A DNA stretch of 64,000 nt from an uncultured bacterium (GTDB taxonomy: Bacteria; Acidobacteriota; Aminicenantia; Aminicenantales; Saccharicenantaceae). How positions within the stretch are numbered: position 1 is the stretch's first letter; each line of letters begins with the position of its first letter. The notes beneath the pieces were generated by a model. That model saw nothing but the letters and a program-made list of their open reading frames with translations, did no database searches and was not told where the DNA came from. Where the stretch lies: NCBI GenBank assembly GCA_963805015.1, contig CAWDSL010000018.1, forward strand, positions 34,852 to 98,851, given 5' to 3'. A program made the translations under genes and the position numbers. This document shows, one piece after another, positions 45,487-55,779 of this stretch.

Positions 45487-47556
45487 ATGAAGACGAACGC
45501 CCCGCTCGTCCCCGCCGTCGTCCTATCCCTCCTCGCCGTCCTGTCCGCGGCCGGCTGCCGCGGCCGGAGCGACGCTCCCGCCCCGACCCCCGCCCCGCCC
45601 GACTATCCCATCAGGCCCGTGCCCTTCACGGAGGTCACATTCTCGGATTCCTTCTGGGCGCCCCGGCTCGAGACGAATCGTTCCGTTTCCATCCCCTACG
45701 CCTTCCGGATGAACGAGGAGACCGGCCGCGTCGACAACTTTCGCAAGGCCGCCCGCCTTCTGGCCGGGCCGCACCGGGGCCGCCGTTTCAATGATTCCGA
45801 CGTCTACAAATCCATGGAGGCGGCCGCCTACGCCCTCCGCCTCCGGCCGGACCCCGGTCTCGAGAAGAGCCTCGAGGATCTCGTCGCCCTGATAGCCCGG
45901 GCCCAGGAGCCCGACGGCTACCTCTTCACGACCCGGACGATCGATCCGGCCCATCCGGCCCCCGGCTCGGGACCCGAGCGCTGGTCGAACCTGCGCGTCA
46001 GCCACGAGCTCTACAACGTCGGCCACATGTACGAGGCCGCCGTCGCCCACTTCCAGGCGACCGGCCGGCGAACATTCCTGGCGATCGCCGAAAAGAACGC
46101 CGCCCTTCTCCTCCGCACCTTCGGCCCGGGCCCCGGCCGGCGGCGCGGCTTCCCCGGCCACCAGGAGATCGAGATCGGGCTGGCCAAGCTCTACCGGGCC
46201 ACCGGCGACCGCGCCTACCTCGACCTGGCCAAGTTCTTCCTCGATGAGCGCGGGAATTATTTCGGCGGCGAACGCCACGCACCGGACGATCCCTTCGCCG
46301 TCTACGACTCCGACGAATACATGCAGAACCACAAGCCCGTCCTGGAGCAGGACGAGGCCGTCGGGCACGCCGTCCGGGCGATGTACATGTATTCCGGCAT
46401 GGCCGACGTCGCCGCGCTCGGCGGCTACCCGGAGTACGTCTCGGCCATCGACCGGCTCTGGCTCGACGTCGCCGGCCGCAAGCAGTACCTGACCGGAGGG
46501 GTCGGCGCCCGCAGCGGCTCCGAAGCCTTCGGCGAGGCCTACGAGCTGCCCAATGCCGAAGCCTACACCGAGACCTGCGCGGCCATCGGCAACGCCCTCT
46601 GGAACTACCGCCTCTTCCTTCTCCACGGCGAATCGAAGTACATGGACGTCTTCGAGCGCGTTCTCTACAACGGCCTGCTCTCCGGCGTCTCCCTCACCGG
46701 CGACCGTTTCTTCTACCAGAACCCGCTCGAATCGTCCGGCGGCTACGCCCGCAGCCCCTGGTTCGAGGTCGCCTGTTGTCCGCCCAACATGACCCGCTTC
46801 CTGCCCTCGCTCCCCGGCTATGTCTACGCGACCAAGGACGATGTCCTCTACGTCAACCTCTATATCGGCGGGAACGGATCGTTCGAGCTCGGCGGCCGGA
46901 GGATCACGATCTCCCAGGCGACCCGTTATCCCTGGGACGGCGAGATCGCCCTGACCGTCTCACCGGACAAGGCCGGGCCGTTCGAGCTGGCCCTGCGCGT
47001 CCCGGGTTGGGCCCGCGGCGAGGCCATGCCCACGGCCCTTTATGCGTTCCTGGACGCCGCCGTAGACGCGCCCGTCTTCAAGGTCAACGGGGAGCCGCTC
47101 TCGCCCGACATCGTGGACGGCTACGCCCGCATCCGCCGCGAATGGAAGGACGGCGACCGCGTCGAGCTCTTTCTCCCCATGCCTGTCCGCCGCGTCGTCG
47201 CCCACGAAGCGGTCGCCGAGGATCGCGGCCGGGTCGCCCTCCAGCGCGGCCCTCTCGTCTATGCCGCGGAGGGGATCGACAACACCGAACGGGTTTTCGA
47301 TTTGGTGATCCCCGACGGAGCGGTCCTCTCCACCGAGTTCCGACCCGACCTGCTGAACGGCGTCGTCGTCGTCACGGGCCCGGCCGGCGCCGATTCCAGG
47401 GCCGCCGCCGGGAAGAGCGTTGCGACCGTCCGGCCGTTCCTGGCCGTCCCCTATTACGCCTGGGCCAATCGCGGCGGCGGGCAGATGCTGGTCTGGCTGC
47501 CCCGCACGGCCGCCGCCGTCAGGTCGCCGAAGAAGCTCGACATGAGAGTCGACTGA
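45487..47556 (+). CDS. GH127 beta-L-arabinofuranosidase-like lipoprotein
   Basis: Lipobox AAGC; DSDVYK, HELYNVGH, GHQEIE, GHAVRAMY, YTETCA, CCPPN, VPYYAWANR. Confidence 0.93.
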   Translation: MKTNAPLVPAVVLSLLAVLSAAGCRGRSDAPAPTPAPPDYPIRPVPFTEVTFSDSFWAPRLETNRSVSIPYAFRMNEETGRVDNFRKAARLLAGPHRGRRFNDSDVYKSMEAAAYALRLRPDPGLEKSLEDLVALIARAQEPDGYLFTTRTIDPAHPAPGSGPERWSNLRVSHELYNVGHMYEAAVAHFQATGRRTFLAIAEKNAALLLRTFGPGPGRRRGFPGHQEIEIGLAKLYRATGDRAYLDLAKFFLDERGNYFGGERHAPDDPFAVYDSDEYMQNHKPVLEQDEAVGHAVRAMYMYSGMADVAALGGYPEYVSAIDRLWLDVAGRKQYLTGGVGARSGSEAFGEAYELPNAEAYTETCAAIGNALWNYRLFLLHGESKYMDVFERVLYNGLLSGVSLTGDRFFYQNPLESSGGYARSPWFEVACCPPNMTRFLPSLPGYVYATKDDVLYVNLYIGGNGSFELGGRRITISQATRYPWDGEIALTVSPDKAGPFELALRVPGWARGEAMPTALYAFLDAAVDAPVFKVNGEPLSPDIVDGYARIRREWKDGDRVELFLPMPVRRVVAHEAVAEDRGRVALQRGPLVYAAEGIDNTERVFDLVIPDGAVLSTEFRPDLLNGVVVVTGPAGADSRAAAGKSVATVRPFLAVPYYAWANRGGGQMLVWLPRTAAAVRSPKKLDMRVD

Positions 47557-47569
47557 AGGAGAGAGCCCG

Positions 47570-50473
47570 ATGACCGAGAGACGCGCCGCCTTCCAACGTT
47601 CGATCCCGGCCTTTGTCGCCGCGGCCGTTCCGGCCGTCCTGGTCCTATTGGCCGCCCTGCCCGCCGCCGCCGAGAACATGGTCCTCGATAACGGCCGGAT
47701 CCGGGCGGAGTTCAACGACCGGGGGCTCGTCTCGATCGGCGCCCCGAAGACAGGCCGGGCCCTGGCCTTCTCGGCCGATCCGGCCTCGGTGACGATCGAC
47801 GGCGCGACGGTCGACATCGGCGGCCTCGGCCCGGCCGAGATCGAGATGACCCCGGCCAAGGTCGCCTATCGATACGCCCGCGACCCCTTCACCTTCGACG
47901 TCGTCTACGAGCTCAAACCCGCCTGGGATTTCCTGACCAAGCAGATCGTCGTGACCTCGGCCCGGAGCCGGACCTTCCGGATCGACGAGGTCAAGCCCCT
48001 GGCCACGGCCCTCGGCCTGCCCGTCGCCGAGGAGCTCCCGCTCGCGAAGGGCGCCTTCGGGGCCGTCTGCCGTTTCGCCGGCGCCGGATCATCGGCCAAG
48101 CCGGCCTGGAGCGCCTACTTCATGCTCCAGAATCCCTACCTGGCCTGGTCCCGCCGGGGCCGCGACGTGGTCGTGTCCTACAAGCCGGAGATGGATTGGA
48201 GCCGCGACCTGGGCCCCTTCGCCTCCGACCGCCTCTGCCTCGGCCTCGTCGAGCTCTCCGGAACGCGCTTCCCGGCCAAAGCCGTGCCCGAGTGGACTTA
48301 CGTCGCGGACTACCCCGGCCTCCTGGCCGGCGCGCCGACGATCGACGCGAACGAGGTCGAGGCCCTGACCGGCTGCGTCCGGGCCTTCCTCCTCTACTAT
48401 CCCGGCCGGAGCGTCCGCGTCCACATCCCCTGGTGCGAGAACGATTACCAGATCGACGTCGGCACGCCCGAGGGCGTCGAGGAATACAAGCGCATCATGG
48501 ACCGGGCCGCCGAGCTGGGCGTCACCCACCTCCTCTATACGCCCGCGAACAGCGCTCTCTCGCGGCTCGAGGACAACGCCGACGACTGGGGCTGGGAGAA
48601 CGTTCTTTGGTTCGGCCTGGGCCAGAAGCTCCGGAAGGGGGAGTGGGACCCGCGGCGCGACGCCGTCCCGGACGGCCTCAAGGCCATGCTCGACTACGCC
48701 GCCTCGAAGAACCTCAAGCTCATGGCTTACGCCTATCCATCCCTGCCCTTCCTCCAAGACCCGGCCTGGACCGCCCGGGCCGGAGCGGACGCGGCCAAGT
48801 CCCCCGCCGACACCGGGCTGCGCTCGTTCCAGGACTGGTGGCTCGACAAGCTCCTGGGCTTCATGAGGACGACGGGCGCCGCGGGCTTCTCCTTCGACCA
48901 CTGGTGGATCGCCCTGGACAAGGCCTCGAGCAAGTACGCCCAGTGGGCCGGCGCCCGGCGCGTCCTCGAGGGCCTGCGCCGCGAGGCCTTCGACGCCGTC
49001 GTCGACGGCCGCCAGCAGTACCAGAACTTCGGCCCGTGGACCTGGCTGGCCGGCTCCTATCCCCATCCGACCCTGACCGACGAGCAGCCGGAGAGCTTCA
49101 AGGCCTTCCCCGACCTCCACACCGACCGGGTCTCGGCCGACCGCCAGCGCTTCGCCGCCTGGACCTACCGGGTCGAGCGTTTCGCGCCGCCGGAGATCAT
49201 GCCCGGCTTCATCACCCACCAATCGGAGAGGAACGACGAGAAGGAGGTCATGCGCCGCGACCGCTTCCGGCCGAAGGACTGGGACTTTCTCGGCTGGAAG
49301 TATTCGCTGCTGTCCTCGATCGGCACGGCCCCCTTCCACCACGTCGTCAACTTCATCCCGGCCCGGGACACCGAGGAGTTCGCCGCCCTGTCGGACGAGG
49401 ACAAGGCCTGGTTCCGCAAGTGGCTCGACTGGACCGACGAGAACGCGCGCTACCTGCACGCCCTGCGGCCGATCCTCGGACCGCCCATGGCCGGGCGCGT
49501 CGACGGCACGGCCGCCGTCGTCGAGGACCGCGGCCTGCTCTTCCTCTTCAATCCCAATCCCGGCCGCAAAGAGGCCCGCGTCAGGCTCGATGCCACGATC
49601 GGCCTCGTCAAGGGCGAAAGGTTCATGCTCAAGGAGCTCTATCCGGAGGAGGGCCGGCTCGTCGGATCGGCCGAAGGCCTATGGGCTTACGGCGCCGAGG
49701 TCGCGCTCGCTCTCGCCGGCCGCGAGGCCGCCGTCTACGAGCTCTTCCCCGCGCCGGCGGAGATCGTCGAGCCCGTCCTGTTCAACGTCCGCGGCGCCGC
49801 CGAGCTCCAATCGGGCCGGTTGGTCCTGACCGGCGTCGAGGCGGAGACGGGCTCGAAACAGTCGATCGTCGTCCTCGCCCCGGCCAAGTCCCGCGTCCGG
49901 ACCCTGTCCGTCAACGGCGTCGGCCACCCGTTCAAAGCCGACGGCGACCGGATCACGGCGACGGTTCGCTTCGCCGGGCGGGCCTTCGGCCGCTCCCAAG
50001 CCGCGGGCGAGGTCCCGGCCGGGTTCAAGGGGGAGACGTTCAAGGCCCGGATCACCGTCCCGGCCCGCGTCTTCGCGCAGCTCGCCGAACGGAAGAAGGC
50101 CTGGCCGGTCAACTACACCGATGACGACCTGCGCGCTCCGTGGCTGGGTCCGTGGCGCCTGCTCCTCCACATCCCCATCTTCGAAGCGACGGACGCCATG
50201 GACGTGACCCTGAGGATCAACGGCGCGCCGGTCGACGTGCTCAAGGCCTACAACAGCGTCTATCCCCACGCGCCGGAGCGGACCTTCCTCGGGCACTACG
50301 CCGATCTCAGCCGCCTCCGGCCCGACGCGCCGATCGACATCGAGGTCGGATTGCCGACGCTCGAGCCGGGCCGCTTCCAGGGGGTCTTTTTCGAGAACGT
50401 CGAGACCGAGTACACGAAGCGGATCATGGCCCCGCCGGCCCCCGCGGCGAAAACGCGCGCGTCCGCGAAGTGA
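47570..50473 (+). CDS. Large exported hypothetical protein, glycoside-hydrolase-like
   Basis: Signal peptide; beta-sandwich N-part; central (beta/alpha)-like region RAAELGVTHLLY, LMAYAYP, AGFSFDHWW; 13 bp after GH127. Confidence 0.6.
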   Translation: MTERRAAFQRSIPAFVAAAVPAVLVLLAALPAAAENMVLDNGRIRAEFNDRGLVSIGAPKTGRALAFSADPASVTIDGATVDIGGLGPAEIEMTPAKVAYRYARDPFTFDVVYELKPAWDFLTKQIVVTSARSRTFRIDEVKPLATALGLPVAEELPLAKGAFGAVCRFAGAGSSAKPAWSAYFMLQNPYLAWSRRGRDVVVSYKPEMDWSRDLGPFASDRLCLGLVELSGTRFPAKAVPEWTYVADYPGLLAGAPTIDANEVEALTGCVRAFLLYYPGRSVRVHIPWCENDYQIDVGTPEGVEEYKRIMDRAAELGVTHLLYTPANSALSRLEDNADDWGWENVLWFGLGQKLRKGEWDPRRDAVPDGLKAMLDYAASKNLKLMAYAYPSLPFLQDPAWTARAGADAAKSPADTGLRSFQDWWLDKLLGFMRTTGAAGFSFDHWWIALDKASSKYAQWAGARRVLEGLRREAFDAVVDGRQQYQNFGPWTWLAGSYPHPTLTDEQPESFKAFPDLHTDRVSADRQRFAAWTYRVERFAPPEIMPGFITHQSERNDEKEVMRRDRFRPKDWDFLGWKYSLLSSIGTAPFHHVVNFIPARDTEEFAALSDEDKAWFRKWLDWTDENARYLHALRPILGPPMAGRVDGTAAVVEDRGLLFLFNPNPGRKEARVRLDATIGLVKGERFMLKELYPEEGRLVGSAEGLWAYGAEVALALAGREAAVYELFPAPAEIVEPVLFNVRGAAELQSGRLVLTGVEAETGSKQSIVVLAPAKSRVRTLSVNGVGHPFKADGDRITATVRFAGRAFGRSQAAGEVPAGFKGETFKARITVPARVFAQLAERKKAWPVNYTDDDLRAPWLGPWRLLLHIPIFEATDAMDVTLRINGAPVDVLKAYNSVYPHAPERTFLGHYADLSRLRPDAPIDIEVGLPTLEPGRFQGVFFENVETEYTKRIMAPPAPAAKTRASAK

Positions 50474-50483
50474 GGGGTCGGGC

Positions 50484-52613
50484 CTATTTCCCTTCGACGA
50501 GCTTCAGCGCGGCTTCGGCCGCCCTGCGGACCATGTGCCTGTAGGACGGACGCATCGCGGCCTGCTTGAGGAACGGGACGGCCGCGGGATCGCCGGTCTT
50601 GCCTATCGCCGTCAGGGCTTCGGCTTGGACCCGGTAGCTCAGGTCCGTCCGGAACCGCGCTTCGAAGAAGCGGATAAGGGTCCGGTCCTTGAGGTCTCCC
50701 AGGGCGGCCAGCGCCGCGGCCCGGACCCGCGAGTCCGGGTCTTCACAGGCCTTCTTGAAGACGGCCGCCGCCCCCTTGGCTCCGACGCGGGCCAAGGCCT
50801 GCAGCGCGCTCCGGCGGACCGCCCAGAAGGGGTCGGACCGAAGGCACGCGGCGAGGGCGGCCTCCGTTCGAGGGTCGTCCTTGAAAGCCGGGAGCGCGGC
50901 AGCCGCGTCCATCCGGCCGATCACATCGTCGTGCCGGAGCCCGTAGAGCAGCTCCTCGATCCCCTTGGGGAAAGCGATCTCCATGAGGAGGACGTTGTCC
51001 GCGTCGAAACGCACCAGCAAAGGCTTCTCCTCGAGGGGGAGCTCGAACGTCTCGTCCCTCTTTTCGATCCAGATCTTGCGGATGTCCGTCTTCCGGGGCG
51101 TGACGAGCTTGACGGATACGGGCACCCGGAAGACGGGCACGCCCCGCGTCAGGTCCTGGACCTGGGCGACCTTGAGCCGGACGAGCTTCGAGACCGGGTC
51201 CCATTCGCTCCCGACCTCGAAAACGGGATGTCCGGGCTTGTACAGCCACTGGTCGAAGAACCAGTCGAGGTTCTGGCCGGTCACGGTCTTGACCGAACGG
51301 ATGAAGTCGGCCGTATCGACCGCGTCGAAGGCGTAGCGGTGGAGGAAATGGCTGAGCGTTCTGAAGAACGGCTCGTCGCCGACGAGGGAGCGCAGCATGT
51401 GCAGGACGCGGGCGCCCTTGGGGTAGGTGTGGGCGTCGAACATGTCCTCCGGCGAGTCGTAGCGGTCGGAAACGATGGGACGGATGTAGCGGGTCCTGGC
51501 CTCGCGCAGGTAGGCCTCGAGCTTGTCCCGGAGATCGAGCGCGCCCTCGTCGTCACCTTTCTCGAAGCGGTGATAGAGGTAGTCCGCATAGGTCGCGAAG
51601 CTTTCGTTGAGCCAGGCGTGGGCCCAGCTGCGGTGAGTGATCAGATCGCCCCACCACTGGTGGGCCAGCTCGTGAGAGACGATGCCGATGGCCGGGAAAT
51701 CGGCCTCGTTCCCTTCGTCGACCATGATCCGATGGGTCATGGCCGTGGCCGAGGTGCTCTCCATGCCGCCGCCGGAGGGGACCGATACCTGGTCGTACTT
51801 CCTCCAGGGATAATCGTAGCCGAAGACGCGGTTGAAGAACTCGATCATCTTCGGCGTCTTCCCGTAGGTCGGCCCGGCCTTGGATTCGTCCGCGGGATAG
51901 ACCCAGTAGCTCACGGGCAGGGTCCCGTAGGAGTCATGGACGACGGCGAAGGGGCCGGCGGCCAGAAAGACGAGATAGGTCGAGTGCGGCAGGTCCTGGG
52001 ACCAGTGATAGGTCACCGTTCCGCCCGCCCGGTCCTCGATCGCGCTGACCAGGCGCCCGTTGGCGGCCACCTTGAGCCCCCGCTTGACCGTGGCGACGAT
52101 CTCGCCGGTGGCCTTGTCGTTCGGGTGATCGTAGCAGGGGAACCAATGGTGGACGTTCTCGGGCCACGAATCCGAGAACACGAGCCCCGGATTGTCCTCG
52201 GTCTCGGCCACGAACCGGAGCCCCGCCTTCGGGTCCCGGCCGCGATAGAAGCACGTGAAGGACGTCTCCTCGCCGAACCTGAAGGGGCGAGGCAGGCGGA
52301 CCTCGAGCTCTTTGGCCCGCTGGTCGAAAGCGAGCGGCGCTCCGTCGTCGCCGACGACGGCGGTCACCGTGAACTCCTCGGCGTCGAGGACGCAGGCGGC
52401 GAGGTCCTCCCGAAGGGAAGCCAGGGTGACCGTCGTCGCGCCCTCGAACGCCCGGTCGTCCAAGTCGAGCCGGATCCTGATCAGGTAGTGAAGGGCGTCG
52501 TAGGACCGGCTGCGCTCGGTTTGGAGCGCCTTCTTCGACCAATCGACGGTTTGGCCGGAGACCGGCAGGATGAGGGCGACGGCCAGGAGGAGGACAAGGG
52601 CCGTTTTCTTCAT
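50484..52613 (-). CDS. M1 aminopeptidase with C-terminal HEAT repeats, exported
   Basis: GGMES; HELAHQWWGD...WLNESFA; YPKGARVLHMLR; HEAT-like repeats; start MKKTALVLL with GAGGT RBS. Confidence 0.93.
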   Translation of the reverse strand: MKKTALVLLLAVALILPVSGQTVDWSKKALQTERSRSYDALHYLIRIRLDLDDRAFEGATTVTLASLREDLAACVLDAEEFTVTAVVGDDGAPLAFDQRAKELEVRLPRPFRFGEETSFTCFYRGRDPKAGLRFVAETEDNPGLVFSDSWPENVHHWFPCYDHPNDKATGEIVATVKRGLKVAANGRLVSAIEDRAGGTVTYHWSQDLPHSTYLVFLAAGPFAVVHDSYGTLPVSYWVYPADESKAGPTYGKTPKMIEFFNRVFGYDYPWRKYDQVSVPSGGGMESTSATAMTHRIMVDEGNEADFPAIGIVSHELAHQWWGDLITHRSWAHAWLNESFATYADYLYHRFEKGDDEGALDLRDKLEAYLREARTRYIRPIVSDRYDSPEDMFDAHTYPKGARVLHMLRSLVGDEPFFRTLSHFLHRYAFDAVDTADFIRSVKTVTGQNLDWFFDQWLYKPGHPVFEVGSEWDPVSKLVRLKVAQVQDLTRGVPVFRVPVSVKLVTPRKTDIRKIWIEKRDETFELPLEEKPLLVRFDADNVLLMEIAFPKGIEELLYGLRHDDVIGRMDAAAALPAFKDDPRTEAALAACLRSDPFWAVRRSALQALARVGAKGAAAVFKKACEDPDSRVRAAALAALGDLKDRTLIRFFEARFRTDLSYRVQAEALTAIGKTGDPAAVPFLKQAAMRPSYRHMVRRAAEAALKLVEGK

Positions 52614-52624
52614 GAACTCACCTC

Positions 52625-54012
52625 TCACTTTTTTCGGCGGAGCCTGAGCGCGGAGGGTGCGACCGCCAGGCCGCCCCGCGCCGTGCAGCGCAGCTCCGGC
52701 GGTAGCATCCGGCCCGCCGCGTAGGACGCGTCGATCGTCTCGTCGAGGGGCACGGGATTGCGGTAGCCGCCGAGGACGAGATCGGCGCAGACGAAGGCGC
52801 TCGAAGCGGCCGCGGCGTTGCGGGTGTGGCAGGGGATCTCGCAGAGGCCCTGGACGAGGTCGCAGACGGAGCCCATGGTGTTCTGGAGGGCGACGGCCGC
52901 GGCGTCGGCCGCTTGGGCGGCGGTCCCGCCCGAAGCCTCGATCACGGCCGCGGCGGCCATGGCCCCGGCGACGCCGATCTCCACCTGGCAGCCGGCCACC
53001 TCCGCCGCGAAGGTCGCCCGCCGGGCCACGAGCAGGCCGACGGCCCCCGCGGCCAGGAGCGCGAGCGCGGTTTCGTCCCGGGAGAGCTTTCGCTCCTCGA
53101 CCAAGGTGACCATGACGCCGGGCAGGACCCCGGCCGAGCCGCCCGTGGGCGCGGCGCAGACGACGCCCCCGCTGTTGGAGACGTGGAGGGCGGCCATGGC
53201 CCGGGCCGCGGCCCGGGCGTGGAGGCCTCCGGCGGCGAGGCGCTTCCGCCGTTCGGCCCGAAAGATCTTCCCGGCGCGACGGCTCCAGGAGTTTCAGCCC
53301 CAGACCGCGGCCGGCGAGCCCCGCGCGGACCGAGTCCCGCATGATCCCGAACCTCCGCGCGATCTCCGCCAGGACCTCGGCTTCGGACAGGCCGAGGAGA
53401 CGACTCTCGGATGCCAGGGCGATCCGGCCGAGCGAGAAGCGCCGCCGGCCGGCCAGACGGACCATCTCCGCGCCGGTGAGGAACAGGGGCTCGCCCTTGC
53501 GGACGAAGAACAGCGGCGGGGCCGTCCGCGTCGCGCCTCCGGTCTTCAGGGTGACGGCGCTCTTGCCGTCGAGGAAGACCGGCCGGCCGTCGATCTCGGT
53601 CAGGGCGATCATGCCGCCGCCGACGGACTTGGCCGTGAAGGCCAGCCGTTTGCCCCGCTTTCGAGAGGAGCTTGGCCCGCACGGTGTTCGGATGGTCCGC
53701 TCCCGCGAGCCGGGCGATGCGGAAGCGGATGTCGAGGCCTTGGCGCGGCGCGAGGGCCAGGGCCCGGGCGAACCGGGCGTCGGTGAGCGGCCAGCCGAGC
53801 AGGCCCGCGGCGAGCGCCAGGTCGACCCCCTGCTGCCGGTAGGTCGCGGCGTAGGAGCCGTCCGGATCGAAGGTGAAGACCGCGGCCGCCGGCTCGTCGC
53901 CGAGGAGGGAGCGGACGAGCCGGGCGATGTGGTAGGACCCGGCGGTGTGGGAGCTCGACGGGCCGCGCATGACCGGCCCGAGGACGTCGTTGAGGATGCT
54001 GACGAATTCCAT
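52625..54012 (-). CDS. Fe-S L-serine dehydratase, beta-alpha fused (frameshifts near 53660 and 53280)
   Basis: GPVMRGPSSSHTAG; HPNT; SVGGG; CAAPTGGSAG; GCQVE; CDLVQGLCEIPC; ELRCT. Confidence 0.88.
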
Positions 54013-54022
54013 CGGCTCCCCC

Positions 54023-54958
54023 TCAGCCGGCGACCAGCCCGGCCACGGCCAGGTCCTCGACGGCGTTGCCCACGGACTTGAACAGGGTGATCTCGTCCTC
54101 CGAGCGCCGTCCGGCCGCCAGCCCGGCCAGCACCAGACCGATCTCGGCCCGGATGTGGTCCTCGCGGATGAGTCCCTCGCGGAGCGGGATGATCAGATCG
54201 CCGGCCTCCTCGAGGCAGGACCGGCGCTCGTCGACGAAGAGGCTCGCCCGCCGGACCGTTTCGCTTGGGATCTCGCGGACGTGGGGCTTGTAGGAGCCGA
54301 CGGCGTTGATGTGGACGCCGGGCTTGAGGTCGGCGTCGGCGAAGACGGGCGTCGCGGAGGTCGTCGCCGTCGAGATGACGTCGGCCTCGGCCAGGGCCTC
54401 GGGCCGGGCCGCGGGCTCGACCTCGATGCCCAGCGCGGTCCCCATCTCCTTGGCGAACGCGGCGGCCGCGCCGCTGTCGACATCGAAGACGAGGGCCTTG
54501 CGGATCGGGCGCACCGCGGCGATGGCCTCGAGCTGGGTCCGCCCCTGGACGCCGGCGCCGAAGATCGCGGCCACCCGGGCGTCCTTGCGGGCTAGCGCAT
54601 CGGTGGCCGCCCCGGAGGCGGCGCCCGTCCGGACCGCGGTGAGATAGCCCGCCTCGAGGACGGCCAGCGGCGTCCCCCGCTCGGCGTCCATGAGCACGGT
54701 CACGGCCTGCGCGAAAGGCAGGCCCTTGGACGGATTGTCCTCGCAGAGCGAGATGAGCTTGAGGCCGATCCGGTTCGGGCCCGGGAGATAGGCGGGCATG
54801 ACCAGGGCCGTCGTCCGCGACCCGGGGATCTCGAGGCTCGTCCGCGGCGGGACGAGGGCCCGACCGGTCGAGAGCTGGACGAGCGCGTCCGCGACCGCCC
54901 GGATGGCCGCCGGCATGTCGAGCGCCCGGCGGATCTCTTCCGTCGTGTAGATCTTCAT
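54023..54958 (-). CDS. Ornithine cyclodeaminase / mu-crystallin family protein
   Basis: LVMPAY; GLKLIS; LTAVRTGAASG; IFGAGVQG; HINAVGS; LFKSVGNAVEDL; TGG-TACAAT-6nt-ATG. Confidence 0.92.
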   Translation of the reverse strand: MKIYTTEEIRRALDMPAAIRAVADALVQLSTGRALVPPRTSLEIPGSRTTALVMPAYLPGPNRIGLKLISLCEDNPSKGLPFAQAVTVLMDAERGTPLAVLEAGYLTAVRTGAASGAATDALARKDARVAAIFGAGVQGRTQLEAIAAVRPIRKALVFDVDSGAAAAFAKEMGTALGIEVEPAARPEALAEADVISTATTSATPVFADADLKPGVHINAVGSYKPHVREIPSETVRRASLFVDERRSCLEEAGDLIIPLREGLIREDHIRAEIGLVLAGLAAGRRSEDEITLFKSVGNAVEDLAVAGLVAG

Positions 54959-55051
54959 GGCCCCATTGTACCAAAGCGGCGGTTGACTTGGAGAGGGCTT
55001 GTTTAATATCCTTAACCTACGTTTTCGGCGAGCTCGAAAGGACCCGTGGGC

Positions 55052-55738
55052 ATGAACCCGAAGCCGATCCTGAACGTCAAGTCCCTGAAGGAACAGGTCT
55101 ACGAGTACCTGCGCGAACAGATGCGGCGGGGCGAGATCCTGCCCGGCTCGGCCATCGATATGGAGGAGACCTCCAAAAAGCTCGGGGTCAGCAAGACGCC
55201 GCTCCGCGACGCCCTCCTGCAGCTCGAGATGGAGGATTTCGTGACCATCATGCCCCGGCGCATGATCGTCGTCAACGCCCTCGGTGAAAAGGACGTTCGG
55301 AACTACTACGAGATCATCGGCGCCCTGGAGAGCATGGCCCTGCTCAAGGCCTTCGACCGGCTCAAGCCCTCGGACGCCGACAACATGCAGGCCCTCAACG
55401 ACGGCATGCGGGAGGCCATCGCGGCCGACGACTTCGACACCTACTACGAGAAGAACCTGGCCTTCCACAGCACTTTCCTCCGCCTCTGCGACAACGAGAG
55501 CCTGGTCAAGACGGTCAACAACCTGAAGAAGCGGCTGTACGACTTCCCCCGGCCGGCGGGATTCGTCAAGGAGTGGGAAGAATCCTCCATCCTCGAGCAC
55601 CAAGCCCTCATCGACCTCATCCGCTCGGGCCGGAGCCAGGCCGCGGCCAACCACATCCGCGACATCCACTGGTCGTTCAAGGTCCAGGAGCGGTTCATCC
55701 GCGAATACTACCCGGGGATCTCCGGCCCCGCCGAATAG
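55052..55738 (+). CDS. GntR (FadR-type, FCD) transcriptional regulator
   Basis: SLKEQVYEYL; LGVSKTPLRDAL; NLAFH; EHQALI. Confidence 0.92.
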   Translation: MNPKPILNVKSLKEQVYEYLREQMRRGEILPGSAIDMEETSKKLGVSKTPLRDALLQLEMEDFVTIMPRRMIVVNALGEKDVRNYYEIIGALESMALLKAFDRLKPSDADNMQALNDGMREAIAADDFDTYYEKNLAFHSTFLRLCDNESLVKTVNNLKKRLYDFPRPAGFVKEWEESSILEHQALIDLIRSGRSQAAANHIRDIHWSFKVQERFIREYYPGISGPAE

Positions 55739-55779
55739 CCGGCCCAGGCCGGCCGATCCGCCGGACGGAGGTGTCCGCC

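Noticed and set aside
50484-54974. 1496-aa giant ORF
   Set aside because: Only the last ~709 aa (M1 peptidase from 52613) form a gene in this frame. The upstream part is off-frame read-through of the OCD and Ser dehydratase genes, apart from one in-frame stretch of the dehydratase.
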